A stretch of DNA of 64,000 nt from Octopus bimaculoides. Its lineage: Eukaryota. Under the pieces are notes generated by a model, which worked only from the letters and a program-made list of their open reading frames with translations, made no database searches and was not told the DNA's origin. This document shows positions 12,146-25,424 of this stretch, piece by piece. Position numbers and translations under genes: made by a program. Position 1 is the stretch's first letter; each line of letters starts with the position of its first letter. The stretch lies in the NCBI RefSeq assembly GCF_001194135.2, contig NC_068997.1, forward strand, positions 4,826,761 to 4,890,760. The letters run 5' to 3'.

Positions 12146-14884
12146 GTAAGCTTATTTAAATATTAATTATAATAATTATTAATTAAAGTAATTACAAAGA
12201 TATTTGTGTATTAGTTATATCTTGGTCTTAACTCTCAATCAAGTACAATATAGTAAACAACATTTAGTTGCTTAAAGAAAACCCTTCAGTAGTTCATGAT
12301 ATTAATTTAAGAAAGAAAATCAGGAGTCTGTGATAAGGGTTTGGTTGCTTATAGAAAGCTCTTCACTAATTCATAGTCCACATGTTAAAAGAAGTCAAGG
12401 TTGGTCATGAGGATTTTATTAGTAAAGTGATCCTATTAAACAATTAAGTACAAGTTAATTCAGCAGGACACGTGGCTCTTGTTTTAAAGATGACAATTTT
12501 ATTTGAGACAAAAATATATATCCAAAGTAATGTGGGTGATTATACAATATAGAGTTTAAAAGTGGGCTCTGAAGTCAAAGAACAGGTGAATTTAAAACAA
12601 AGATAATCCCTAGCTTTTTACTGTGCTCCCTGTTATAAAAACTAACAGCAGGATATTTGTAGAGGGAGATTTAAGTGCTATAGTCTACAGATCAGATAAT
12701 TTCATAGAAGGCTACCTTACTGGCTAGTATAGTTCATTCATTTGTTTTAAATTCATATTTTTATGCTGGCATGGATTGAATAGATTCTTATTTGAAACAG
12801 TATCTTACAGCTGGATGCTCTTCCAGTCACTAACTCTTACCTGTTTGACAATTAAGAGATTTTTTTTATACCACTAGTCTTGGTAAGTGTGGAGATATGG
12901 GACATATTGTCACAGAGAAGATAACCATGATATCAGTGTTTTTTTTTTGTTTTTTTTTTGNNNNNNNNNNTTTTTTTTTTTGGTGGTGGGGTTGCTGATA
13001 GTCTTGCAAAAATGCAGAAAATTTCAGTAGACAAATATGTGATGATTTCCTCATTTTGTCAGATGACAGCTATCTCACATTCAGCCTGACTGTTCTGATT
13101 TACTTTCATTTTTACATGTGCATGGATATAACTTTTCACACCATACATCCATAACCATAGGACTTTATAAAATACAAAATGGATCAAGAAATGAAATAAA
13201 AGTGAGATATCTGTACGTCACTGGATTTAAGTGGCGAAAGCTTGTACAACACGTTTGCCACTTTTGCAATCTTCATAGCAGGTTCCAATGACAAGCATTG
13301 CAAGATCATATGCATGCGCACACACACACACACACAAACTCACAAACATACATACATGGTAATAGTTATAGTCAGTCCGATACTCAGATGTGTGTAAATA
13401 TTGCTCATATGAAGGCAACGTACTAAATATTGGAAAAGTTGAGCTACAGAGTGCAGTAAGATTGCATACATTCTTCGTATGTGTTTTAAGCATTACATAT
13501 ATTCCAGCATATTTATATAAATGATACGTACATCTTAACATATTTATATAAACACAGCATTGTAACAATACACGCATAAAGAAGTAAGTCTAGTAATGTC
13601 TCAAAACAGTTTACGAAAATGACAAACGCTGCTCAGTATGTCCGTATCAATACAATTGTAGAATTGAAAACAACCTGAAAGGAAAGATTACCCAAGCTAT
13701 AAACAACTTCAAATTTAATTCTGACAAAACTATATCAAAACTTTTAAAGATCATTGTCTCTTTTGAAAAACAGATACAAATATCTGTAAATAGACAAAAT
13801 CATCAAGGCTGATCATGTCTCCTTCAACCAAATCATGACTACAATCGCTGTATACAATGGACCTACAAAGATTTGTATGAAGTATATATACAATCTGACC
13901 TCCAGAAGTTTGGTTTTATGCAAAGCTAAAAAATTTGTGGAACTCTAAACACCCAGAATTAGATTTTTCCTTGAAGTAGTTGAATGAACAAGCAAAATGT
14001 ATCATTAGATATAAATTGATACATCTAACAGACATATCTGATTCAAAGCAGGCTAACACTATAAATCCAGCCATTGAAAATAATCATTTCACTTCTCCTG
14101 ATGAACAGACAGAATGGTCAGTTAAATCTAGCAGGAAACATGCCAACAATTTAGCTGAGCTCCATACCTATGCTGTACAAACAGAACACCAAAAACTTGT
14201 GGATGCCTCACAAGCAATCTGGGATTATAGGTTTCAACAGGTCCACAACCTTATTTGAATGACAGGTGATAACACCAGTGTAAGTAAAGAACCTAATGAA
14301 TTAGAATCAGAAGCAGTAAATGAAATTGCAAACAAATATTGCAGACCACAGAGTGTAGAGGTGTTGGAAACAACCAACGCATGTACTAGCCTGTTGATAT
14401 ATGTGTCAGCTATTACATTACTAGTGTATCACAAAAAGGTGAAGCCCTGCAACTGAATCAGCATGGACACAATTTTAAAAAATAAATGTTATTCCTGTGA
14501 AAAAGTATCTCACAGATTATAGTTACGAAATGTAACAGTGACTGCCCCCCCCCCCACACACACACACACACACACAATCACTTGACAGCCGGTTTGTTTA
14601 TTTCCCCATAACCTAGTGATTCAGCATAAAGAACAAAACAATAGAGTAAGTACTGGGCTCAAAAAATTGTACTTGGGTCAATATGTTCAACTAAAACTTT
14701 CAAAGCAGTATCCCAGCATGGCCACAGTCCATTGGCTGAAACACGTAAAAGATAAAAGGATAAAATCATCATCATCATCATGTATACTTTCCATCTTGGC
14801 ATGGGCTGGACAGGTTACCACAGTCCGAGTCATTTCCTATAACAGCTCCTAAACACTGGTGCTTGTACCTGTCATTTGGCTTGT

Positions 14885-15130
14885 GGAGGCATGTGGCTTA
14901 GTGATAAGGATGTTGGACTCATGATCTTAAGATTGTGGTTTCAATTCCTGGACCTGTTGTGTTCTTGAGAAAAACACTTCATTTCACATTGCTCCAGTCC
15001 ACTCAGCTAGCAAAATGAGTAATTCTGTGACCGACCAGTGTCCCATTTGGTGGGGAATATATATGCCATGAAACTTGGAAACTAGCCCTTATGAATCAGT
15101 ATGACTCGAGAAGGGAACTTTACTTTTATT
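14885..15130 (+). mobile_element. tRNA-derived SINE, further family (ggcttagtg..aggat..ggactc..ggttcaattcc..gtgtcttgagcaagacact)
   Basis: Box A/B-like head. Related copies at 21870-22190 and 62770-63085. Confidence 0.65.
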
Positions 15131-15931
15131 TGGCTTGGTTTCCACAGCTGGATGCCCTTCCCGTCACCAACCACATTACAGTGTACTAGCTGCATACACA
15201 CACATGTACACGCATATGTGACAGACTTCCATACAGTTTCTGTCTTTTGATTCTGCTCACAAGGCATTGTTTGACCCAAGGTTGTAATACAAGTCACTTG
15301 CCCAAGGTGACATGCAGTAAAATAGAACTTCAAACCACATGGTTATGAAGTAGACTGTACCCCACATTGCCATGGCTATGGTTATTCTTATCTTAAAAAT
15401 AGTTGGGAGAGGGGAGTTTATTGATGAAAATTTAGTTGCTATAGAACCCCTTTCATTACTTCATAGCCCCTATTTTTAAAACTTTAAGGAAGGGTTGTTA
15501 ACTAGATTTCTATGCTGCTAATTATAGCAAGTCAAGAGATGCCTTGGAAGTACCTTTTTTTAAACCATAGCATTTGTAGCTGTTGTATAAGATTTACAAA
15601 AAAAAACTTGGATATGAGAACTGCATAAATAATATTGACCAATCAAATCTTTATGTATTGATATTTAAAATGTCACTGAGTGAAATAGAAATAACAGTCC
15701 TAAGAACTGGGTTACAGATATCAGTATACACACCTGCAAACACTCACACAAATATCTTTTATTTGTACTGATAAAAAAATGTTTGCATATATAGCTAGAT
15801 AGGTGGGGGTAACCATGACCCGTTTCAAGGCTAATTCAATTTCTGCTAGTGTTATTTAATAGCTCTATCTATCTATATATCTGTCTGTTTATCTCTTTAT
15901 ATATATATATATATATATAGATATATATATA

Positions 15932-16110
15932 TGGGAGAATGTACGAAAAAACAACAACAGACGAGGACAGGTGGTGTAAATAACAAAAGGATGTATTAGT
16001 ATGACGCTCGGGAATATGGAAAGTGTTTGACGTTTCGAGCTACGCTCTTCAACAGAAAGAATACGGAGACAAGGAGAAAAAAAATTGAATAGTGTTCAGT
16101 CAATGGTCAA
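15932..16110 (-). mobile_element. Penelope-like terminal fragment between (TA)n tracts
   Basis: Reverse complement contains ctgttgaagagcgtagctcgaaacgtc, resembling the TGAAGA...CGAAAC end motif of Penelope-like elements (recalled, not searched). Confidence 0.4.
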
Positions 16111-16141
<31 letters not shown>

Positions 16142-16225
16142 CTATCTTACTCCCCCTCTCTCTGTATGTATATATATATATATGTGTGTGTGTGTATGGA
16201 AATATGCTGCCCCTCTCTCTCTCTG

Positions 16226-16256
<31 letters not shown>

Positions 16257-16433
16257 GCACACATATTATTATAGGTGCAGGTATGGCTGTGTGGTAAAAA
16301 GTTTGCTTCTCAACCACATGGTTCCAGGTTCAGTCCACTGCATGGCACCTTGGGCAAGTATCTTCTACTATAGCCTCAAGCCAATCAAAGCCTTGTGAGT
16401 GGATTTGGTAGACAGAAAGTAAAAGAAGCCTGT

Positions 16434-16527
<94 letters not shown>

Positions 16528-16890
16528 TATTTCATCATCATCATCATCATCTTTTAGCATCTGTTCTCCATGCTGGCAAGGTTTGGACACTTTCCAGCTA
16601 GCCAACTCCTGCCAAACCATCCAACCCATGTCACCATGGAAAACGGGTGGTAAAAGATGATGATGATGATGACGTATGTGTGTGCCTTTGTGTTTGTCCC
16701 CTACTGCCACTTGACAACCAATGTTGGCATGTTTACATCTCAATAACTTAGCAGTTTGGCAAAAGATAGAATAAGTACCAGGCTTAATGTGTACTAGACT
16801 AACAGAGTAAGTGCCAGGCTTTAAAAGAAAAAAGGTACTTGGGTTGATGTGTTTGACTAAAGTTCTGGAGCAAATAAAAGATAAGAGACA

Positions 16891-16922
<32 letters not shown>

Positions 16923-17063
16923 AATTAAAAATGTAAAATTAAAGCATTTTAATTTTATGTTTTAATTTTACGTTTTTAATTTATTCTTTCACCTTGGCCA
17001 CTATCTGGCATATACAGGTGCTTACAATTATCAAGCATTACCTCTAAAATTTGCTTTACCTAC

Positions 17064-17094
<31 letters not shown>

Positions 17095-17182
17095 TGTATG
17101 TATGTATATTACATAAACACATATCTATTCAATCCTCCTCCTTCCATTCATTTTATTTCTTTTCATATCTTCAATTTTCCAG

Positions 17183-17279
17183 GAAATGTTGCTTCACGTC
17201 CCAACTGTCAGTAAATCTAAAGTGGCTAAATTTCACAAACTCTTCAAATCTGTGCCTCGGTCGGAATCTCTAATTGATC
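17183..17279 (+). CDS. GRAMD2: GRAMD2-like exon, start of GRAM domain (EMLLHVPTVSKSKVAKFHKLFKSVPRSESLID)
   Basis: Acceptor ttttccag, donor GTAAGT, 97 nt, phase 0-1. FHKLFKSVP matches the conserved motif preceding GRAM domains in the GRAMD1/2 family. Confidence 0.92.
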
Positions 17280-18939
17280 GTAAGTAGACCATCTTCCATC
17301 TCCTGACTCTCTCTGCAGATGCAACAACCAAAATATTTTAAGATTTGCACAGTGAGTGTGGAGTTTGAGTGTTTCTTTAACCCTAGGCAAATATAGAAGT
17401 AAACATACCAACCCTAAATCCTATTTCAAGATCAGCCCTCACCTCAATTTCCACCAGAGTTAAACCAGGATGATATCTGCTAATAAGAGTAAATACTCAA
17501 TCATTCAGTTCCTGATCCAATCACACTGCACAGCATAATTTGGTGACAGAAGCCTATTGTGTATTTTATTGAGGCAGATTTTCTACAGCTGGATGCCTTC
17601 CCTGTCACCAACAATCACCAGTTTCCAAGCAAGGTACTATTTCCCCCAGGACTCTTTCAGTTTCCACCTACCATATCCATCCACAAGACTTTTGTTGGTC
17701 CATAACTATAGTAGAAGACACCCAAATGCCACACAGTTAGATTGAACCCAAAACCATATGGTTGGGAAAGGAATTTCTTAACCTCACAACCTCTGTCTGT
17801 CTGTCTGTGTGTGTGTGTGTGCGTGCATGCGTGTGTCTTTTACAATGTATACTTATCAACAATGCATAAATACTCGAGAAAAGAGAAGTGGGGAGGGTAG
17901 TGAAATCCCTAGTGGTTGTTGCTCTGTCTCAGATATAAACTCATCTTTGTCAATTGCTCCATCCAAAATGTAATAAATCAGTGATCATCAGTCATTGAAA
18001 ACCTGTAACCATCAACTCCACTGTTAATCACTTGTAATGTAAAATTAAAACAGAAATTGAAATATAATAAAAAAAGATCAGTTTTGCAGTCAAAATTGGG
18101 GTTTCATTCCCTTGGTTTCTGTTTTTGTGTGAGATTTATTAGCCATAAGAGGTTGTGAGGCAGGTGTCTCACATATGGCTATGTTGTTGTTGGACCTCAA
18201 GTTGGCCTTCATCAAGTGGATCTTTGATCATAGATGTTCCAACAGTATCTTTTTAGAAATAACAGCCAAATCTCCCTAAAACCACAACCCCCTCCACCTC
18301 CACCATATTTTAAAGATAAGAACATTTTTGGATAATGTCATTTCAGATACACAAAAAAGATGTGGCTGGAACACTTTTGATCTGCTTGATCAGGGCTGGA
18401 CCACCACTCCTTCCTGACCAATCACCTGATGTCTGGTCATATCACCCGGTTAGTACTGGAACAGACCATTTGTGTAGATAATCCACTGTAATCAGATTAA
18501 CAACCCAACAGATTTACTTCTGAAATTAATCATCATCAAATCTTTTTACGTTGATGTCTTTAGTTCACATAAGGATTTAAAAGATATTCTGATGAAATTT
18601 CTGCCACAGACAACACTGCCATGACCATCATGGTCAAACATAGTCCACTGGTATAAGCAGAAGGAGCAGTCTATAACTAATGAATGTTTCATTAGTTTGC
18701 ACTTTCTAGATATATATATATTTATATGTATATACATGTATTGTGTGTATATGTATATATGTATGTATATACATGTATATATCTATACTATAAAAGGCAG
18801 ATTTTCTCTGTGTCTGTGTATGTTTAAAATTCATACATTTACACAATTCCAAATTTCTTGGATTAAAGAATCGCAATCAATATTCTTAATACAATTTGTT
18901 AGGTCACTGCGTCATTTTTTCTGGCAACGATCACACTCG

Positions 18940-20330
18940 AATGGTACCTTTAACATTCCACTGGCACAAGTGCCAATCAAGCAGAACTGTCATCAGCCAC
19001 ATTAGTGATTTTGATTTGATTTCACTTGCCTCAATAGATCTTTGTAAGCAAAGCTTATTCTCCAATGAATGAGGGATGTTCATAAGTGGGCTGGTTACAC
19101 CCCACGCTCGGATGTGCTTTTAACATTCCAGTAGCACGAGTGCCAATCAGGCGGTACTGTCATTGGCCGCGTCAGCAATTTTGATTTTGATTTCAATTGC
19201 CTCAATAGGTCTTCGCAAGCAAAGTTTATTGTCCAATGAATGAGGGGTACTCATAAGTAGGCTGGTTACACCCACTGGCTTAGGCCATGGGCTGTGGTCT
19301 CACTTGGCTTGTCGGGTCTTCTCAAGCACAACATAGCTCCAAAGGTCTTGGTCACTAGTCATTGCCTTGATAAAGCCTATTGTTCAAAGGTCGTGCTTCA
19401 CCACCTCATCCCAGGTCTTCCTGGGTCTACCTCTTCCACAGGTTCCCTCAACTGCTAGGGTGTGGCACTTTTTCACACAGCTGTCCTCATTCATTTGCAG
19501 TACATGACCATACCAGCGCAGTTGTCTCTCTACAGCTGGATGCCCTTCCCAACGCAAACCACTTCAAGGGTGTAGTGGGTGCTTTTACATGCCACCAGCA
19601 TGAGGGCCAGTCAGGTGGTACTGGCAACGACCATGCTCAAAAGGTGTTTTTTACGTGCCACCTGCACAGGAGCCAGTCTGGCAGCACTGGCAACGACCAC
19701 TCTCAAATGTTGTTTTTCACGTGCCACCAGCACATGTGCCAGTGAGGCGCTGCTGGCAATGATCACGCTCGGATGGTGCTTTTAATGTTCCACTGGCACG
19801 AGTGCCAATCAAGTGGTACTGTCATCGGCCATGTCAGCAATTTTGATTTCACTTGCCTCAACAGGTCTTTGCAAGCAAAGTTTATTGTCCAGTGAATGAA
19901 GGGCACTCGAGGGGTACTCATAAGTGGGCTGGTTATACACTACTGGCATAGGCCACGGGTTATGGTCTCACTTGGCTTGTCGGGTCTTCTCAAGTACAGC
20001 ATATCTCAAAAGGTCTTGGTCACTAGTCATTGCCTCGGTGAGGCCCACCTCATCCTAGGTCTTCCTGGGTCTACCTCTTCCACAATTTCCCTCAACTCCT
20101 TGGATGTGACACTTTTTCACACAGCTGTCTTCATCCATTTGCAACACATGACCATACCAGTGCAGTTGTCTCTCTTGCACACCACATCTGATGCTTCTTA
20201 TGTCCAACTTTTCTCTCAAGGTACTAACACTCTGTCGTGTATGCACACTGACATTACAAATCCAGCGGAGCGTACTGGCTTCATTCCTTGCAAGCTTACG
20301 CATGTCCTCAGCAGTCACGGCCCATGAAGA
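18940..20330 (-). mobile_element. Stack of RTE-clade LINE 3' fragments (ORF2 end + 3' UTR)
   Basis: EDMRKLARNEASTLRWICNV..QERQLHWYGHVLQMDED..GRGRPRKT at 20055-20318. A ~155-bp UTR block occurs three times (~18948, 19120, 19782). Confidence 0.85.
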
Positions 20331-20738
20331 GTTTACTCAAACAAATCACCCCCAGTACTTATTTTTTAAGTCTGATATTTATTATTTTGATCTCTTTTGC
20401 TGGTAGGGGACACAAACACACACACACAGATGTATACACAGCAGGTTTCCACATATTTTCTGTCTACCAAATTCATTCACAAGACATTGGTTGGTTAAGG
20501 GAGATAGAGAACACTTGCCTAAAGTGCCACGCAGTAGGACTGAACCTGAAATCACATGGTTGCAAAGCCAGCTCCTTGTGCATGTTCTGTGTCTGTGTTT
20601 TTGTGTGTATATATTCATATGAGTGGTTACATATTTTTTTTAACATACATATATATATGTGTGTGTGTGTGTCTGTGTGTTTATGTATTATTTTTGTATG
20701 TTTATATGTGTGTGTTTTTGTGTATAGTTGTATTTGTA

Positions 20739-21286
20739 TTGGGTCTTCTCATAAATAATGCGGTTTTCTTATACCTCTTTTATTTTTCAAAATTGAGATA
20801 ACAAAGTCTTTTTTTAATCTAAATTATACTCTCCTACATTTTCTACAATGCTCTTCCATCTATCTGGTAGACTTGCAAGGCCCCTCTTCCAAAATTCACT
20901 TGTCCGTGACGAAAAATACTCCTCCAGCACTGTTTTGACCTCATCTACAGAATTCATATATTTTCCGTCCAAATGATTTTGAAGACTGCAGAATAAGTGA
21001 TAATCAGATGGGGCAATGTCCAGTGAATATGGTGGGTGGGACATTGTTTCCTATTCCAACTGCTCCATCCTTTGGAATGTCATCTTTGCCTTATGTGGCC
21101 AAGCATTAGACTCAAGGTTTGTGAGGTACCCATTGACCCAATTTGCTGACTTTTCCAATGGCACGCAGGTGTTGATGAATGGTTGAATGACCAAATCCAA
21201 ACTTCTCTGCTAGTTCCTCAACAGTTACAATGGGATTTTGTTCCACCAACGGGATTTTGTTCCGCATTATTTATAGGATGATCCAA
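20739..21286 (-). mobile_element. Internally deleted mariner transposon with both TIRs and TA target duplication
   Basis: 25-bp TIRs (ttgggtcttctcataaataatgcgg / ccgcattatttataggatgatccaa, 4 mismatches) flanked by TA. Transposase motifs SKLGQWVPH and HPPYSLDIAPSDYHLF. Confidence 0.9.
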
Positions 21287-21290
21287 TATA

Positions 21291-21523
21291 GGGTAGTGAG
21301 CTGGCAGAACCACTAGCATGCTGGGTGAAATGCTTAATGGTATTTCGTCTTCCGTTCTATTCTGAGTTCAAATTCCACCAAGGTCAGCTTTGCCTTTCAT
21401 CTTTTCAGGATCGATTAAATAAGTACCAGTTACACACTGGGGTCGATGTAATCGACTTAATCCCTTTGTCTGTCCTTGTTTGTCCTCTCTATGTTTAGCT
21501 TCCTGTGGGCAATAAAGAAATAA
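21291..21523 (+). mobile_element. tRNA/core SINE with alternative tail (..ccttgtttgtcc..gggcaataaagaaataa)
   Basis: Same subfamily as 35561-35774. Starts just after the mariner right TIR. Confidence 0.8.
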
Positions 21524-24132
21524 ATATATATTTATTTGCAGGCCACATGCATGGTGAAGTGGTTAGAAAGTGACTTTGCAATCATAAGGTCCCAGATTTG
21601 AATACCACTGTGTGACATCTTGAGCAAGTGTCTTCTAATGTCACCTTAGCTCAACTCAAGTCTTGTGGGTTGAAATTGGGAGACAGAGTCTGTGTGGAAG
21701 CCTTTCAGATGTACTAGACCTGCAATGGTGCCATTAGGAGTATACATGTCTGTGGAATACCCAGCCACTTATACAATAGCTGAGTGATTAAGCTGTTGAG
21801 TTAATTAGACAACTGGATATTCATCAATAAAGAAATTCTTTAGTTTCTCTGTGTTTATGAGAAAAATGTGAAAGTGCATGGCTTAGGGACTAGGGTGTTC
21901 AGCTCATAATCGTAAGGTTGTGAGTTCGATTCCCAGCAGCACATTGTGTCATTGAGCAAGACACTTTATTTTTTATTTCTCCAATCCACTCACCTGGCAA
22001 ACAAGAGATGTACCTGTAATTCAAAGGGGCCAGCCTTGTCACATTCTGTGTCACACTGAATCTCTCTCTCAGAACTATACTAAGGGTAAGCATGTCAGTG
22101 GAATGCTCATCCACTTGCACAAGAATTTTGCAAGCAGGCTTTTCCATTGATCGAACCAACTGGAGCACTTGTCATTACTACCCAAAAGCCAGGCCATGAG
22201 GAGAATATTCTGTGCACGTTTTTGTTTGGATGTATACTTGTGTGTATATATATATGTATGTATGTATCTGTGTACAGGTTTGCCTTTGTGTGTGTGTAGT
22301 TACATAACAATACAACAGAAACGCACATACCTACTAGGCTATACACACTTCATCATTATTGTGTAAAATATGTTCTATATTGTTTGCGTATATAAAACTA
22401 CACATACACACTCACTCACACAAAATTACACTTATACACATTAAAACACACAAAACTAAATTTATGCACATTCACATAACTACACACATACACACACACA
22501 CACACACACAATACACTGATACTCACATGCACACACACAGAGGCTCAAAGATAATTCTGTGTGACCTAAAGATGACAGTTAAATGTCTTCTATTAATTAG
22601 TTCTATCACCTGCAGTGGCTCAAATATAAATCTCTTTCACCTAACATGGACATTTCTAAAGCAAAAGATTTCATTTTTTTTAGATATTTCCTTAGAGGTA
22701 AAATTTGGCAACAAAAACAGCAGAAATTGATTAATCATGTGAGAAAAGAAGCCTGCCAAATCCAATGAAAGCTTCATTAATCAATATCTTATCGAATAGT
22801 TAATGAATTCTACACTCTGTAATTTTATTTTGTAAATGTTAATTTGGTTAAGTCAAGACAAGCAGTTAAAATTATTTTGTTTAACAAGTTTTCATAAAAC
22901 TCATCTCTGTTGCAGAAAGTGAAGAAGGTATTAGATATAAAAATATAAAGTTTCCATAAGATTAGTGTTTCTTTAAGGGCTTTTTTGTGTGTTTGTCTTT
23001 GTTTTGACTTATAATTAGGAATGAAAGGAGTGTCTATTACTCTTTAGAAAACCTCCAAGACTGGTATGATGGAGGTATCCTTAAACCAGAAATCTACCCC
23101 AAATGAAGAAATGACCTCTGCTAAAAGCCATCAAGCAAGCTAAAAGTAGGAATTGAATGTAAAGAGCTGGAAGAAATATTACAAGGCAGTCATTTTGGAT
23201 GTTTTTACAATGTACCACTCTAGATTGGTTGTTCTTTTCTGACTCCTGAAAGAATGAAAGGCAAAGTTGACCTCAGTTGGACTTGAACTTGGGCTACAGA
23301 AAGTCAGAACAAATGTTACAAGGCATTTTGTCCAACACTATAATAATTATGGCAATATATCATTTAACTTAGAATAAGATGGATAAGCTGTAAACGTGTT
23401 GCTAGTTAAGACAGACTGTATCACAGATGGAGTGGTCATCTTTATATAATAGTACCTTCTTGCAACTAAGTAGAGGTAGACTGGATAGTTCACAGTAAAG
23501 TGCCTTGGTCATGGACATAGTACAGTGAACTCTACCACACTGTGATACCTAATTATGGCCAGATACACTGGACTATAGACGGTTAAGTATCTTGGTCAAT
23601 TTCATATGAACTGGTGATCATTCAGTGGGTAATGCCCTTTTCTTTAGACTAGCCGTCATTACCTTAGAAAGGTTTTACTGTCTCCTTCTATCCATTTTCC
23701 TGTACTCTCATAGAGAGACGATTCATTTGTTTCTACAGCTGCATGAATATACTTTTCTGCCACTAAACAGTCAACTGTGATGAAGTAGGGACTAGTGAAA
23801 AATTGGTTTTGGTTAAGCCATGCAGACTAAACGAAGCACAGTGACTGTATTAAGAGCTGACCACACGACCATGTAGTCAGTAGTCTAGCATCTTAACCTC
23901 ATAATGTTTGTGTTCCAGTTGTAAGATTCTTCAAGGAGCAGTGTAAAAATTATCCCACTCCAGATATACAGAGAAATACTTGAAGTGGATTTGACTTATT
24001 GACCCATTACTTTCTAACCAATTAACTAAATGTTTTCCTTAATTAAATCCTAATTTGTTGTTTTCATTCATTGACAATTTTTAATATTTCATTTTATTGT
24101 AATTATCATTATTTTTTTCCTGATTCTTACAG

Positions 24133-24236
24133 ATTATTCCTGTGCATACCAAGGAGATATTCTCCTGCAGGGACACCTGTACATATCCCTTGGTTGGTTT
24201 TGTTTCTATTCCAAGATCAGAGGCCGTGGCAGGCAT
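24133..24236 (+). CDS. GRAMD2: GRAMD2-like exon, GRAM core (HYSCAYQGDILLQGHLYISLGWFCFYSKIRGRGRH)
   Basis: Acceptor ttcttacag, donor GTAAGT, 104 nt, phase 1-0. Matches the GRAM consensus YSCALQ.DILLQGRLYIS.NW.CFYS. Confidence 0.95.
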
Positions 24237-25328
24237 GTAAGTAACATTCCCCTTGCTTTTGAGAGCTGGAATCATATGTGACCCACATAACAGCATAGAC
24301 AACGTGTGGTACATTGATCCCACTATACAATCACATAGAGAGGAAGGCAAAGACACGCACTAGCATATTACAACTACTGGCCCTTTTTTGCTCAGTGTTT
24401 TCTGTCTCTTCTATTGAGACCACAATGATCATGGCCCCTTTCAACTAGCAAGGCTCACCCAATGTATTTCTCCCCATCTCCATTTAGGCCCCATTCAATA
24501 TCTCTGTTCTCTCCCCAAATCTGGTTCTCTCAAGCCCACCCTATGTCTGTCCTCTCCTTCACTCACCATCCCTCTTGTGTTCCCCCACACACCACACATT
24601 TGCTGTACTTTCATGGAACTTGAACTTACCATATGTGCCACATGTTTCACAAAGTTACAGCCATTACAATTTCTGATTTATTTTATTTCATGTAGAAAAG
24701 TATGATTGGTTATTGATTTCTAACTGGCCAGTCAGCAGTTCGAGTGACAAGGGAGCATCAGTGCAACTAAGGCAAAACAAATATACTCTAGGGTATTGTA
24801 GTCCAGAGACATCTGTTCATTTGATTTGTTGCTGATGTTTACATGTATTGCTGATCTATGTTGGCAAAAGATACAGATATACAGAGACACATATAATGGA
24901 CTTCCTGCACAGATTCCATCTACCAAATTCTATTTACAAGCCATTGGTTAACTTGAAGCCGTGGTGGAAGTTCTAACAAGTCATGAAGTTGTATAATGAA
25001 GTTTTCTTTACCACATGACCATACCTGCTCATATACATAATACATAAGATAGTTACACCCATGTATGCACACACACACACACACACACACACATTCACAG
25101 CAGGTTATCTCCTAGTTTCTGTTTCAGTTTAATGTTTCTCCTTCACCTGATATTGATCGACCCAAAGCTGTGCCAAAAGACATTTGCCCAAAGTGTGAAG
25201 ATGTGACCCAATGTAATTGAATTCAGAATCATTTAGTTGTGAAACAGACTTATTAACCACACAATCATAGCTGTCTGTCTTTAAGGTTGTCTTTGAATAA
25301 TGGTGGAACTTGGCATCCTTTCTTTCAG

Positions 25329-25424
25329 ATTGAAATCCCTCTTGACAATGTTCTTTGTGTGACCAAAGAGAAAACAGCATTCATCATTCCAAATGCAATC
25401 GGAGTACAAACCACAACAGAGAAG
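25329..25424 (+). CDS. GRAMD2: GRAMD2-like exon, GRAM domain (IEIPLDNVLCVTKEKTAFIIPNAIGVQTTTEK)
   Basis: Acceptor tctttcag, donor AAG|GTAAGA, 96 nt, phase 0-0. Contains the KEKTA..IPNAI GRAM motif. Confidence 0.95.
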
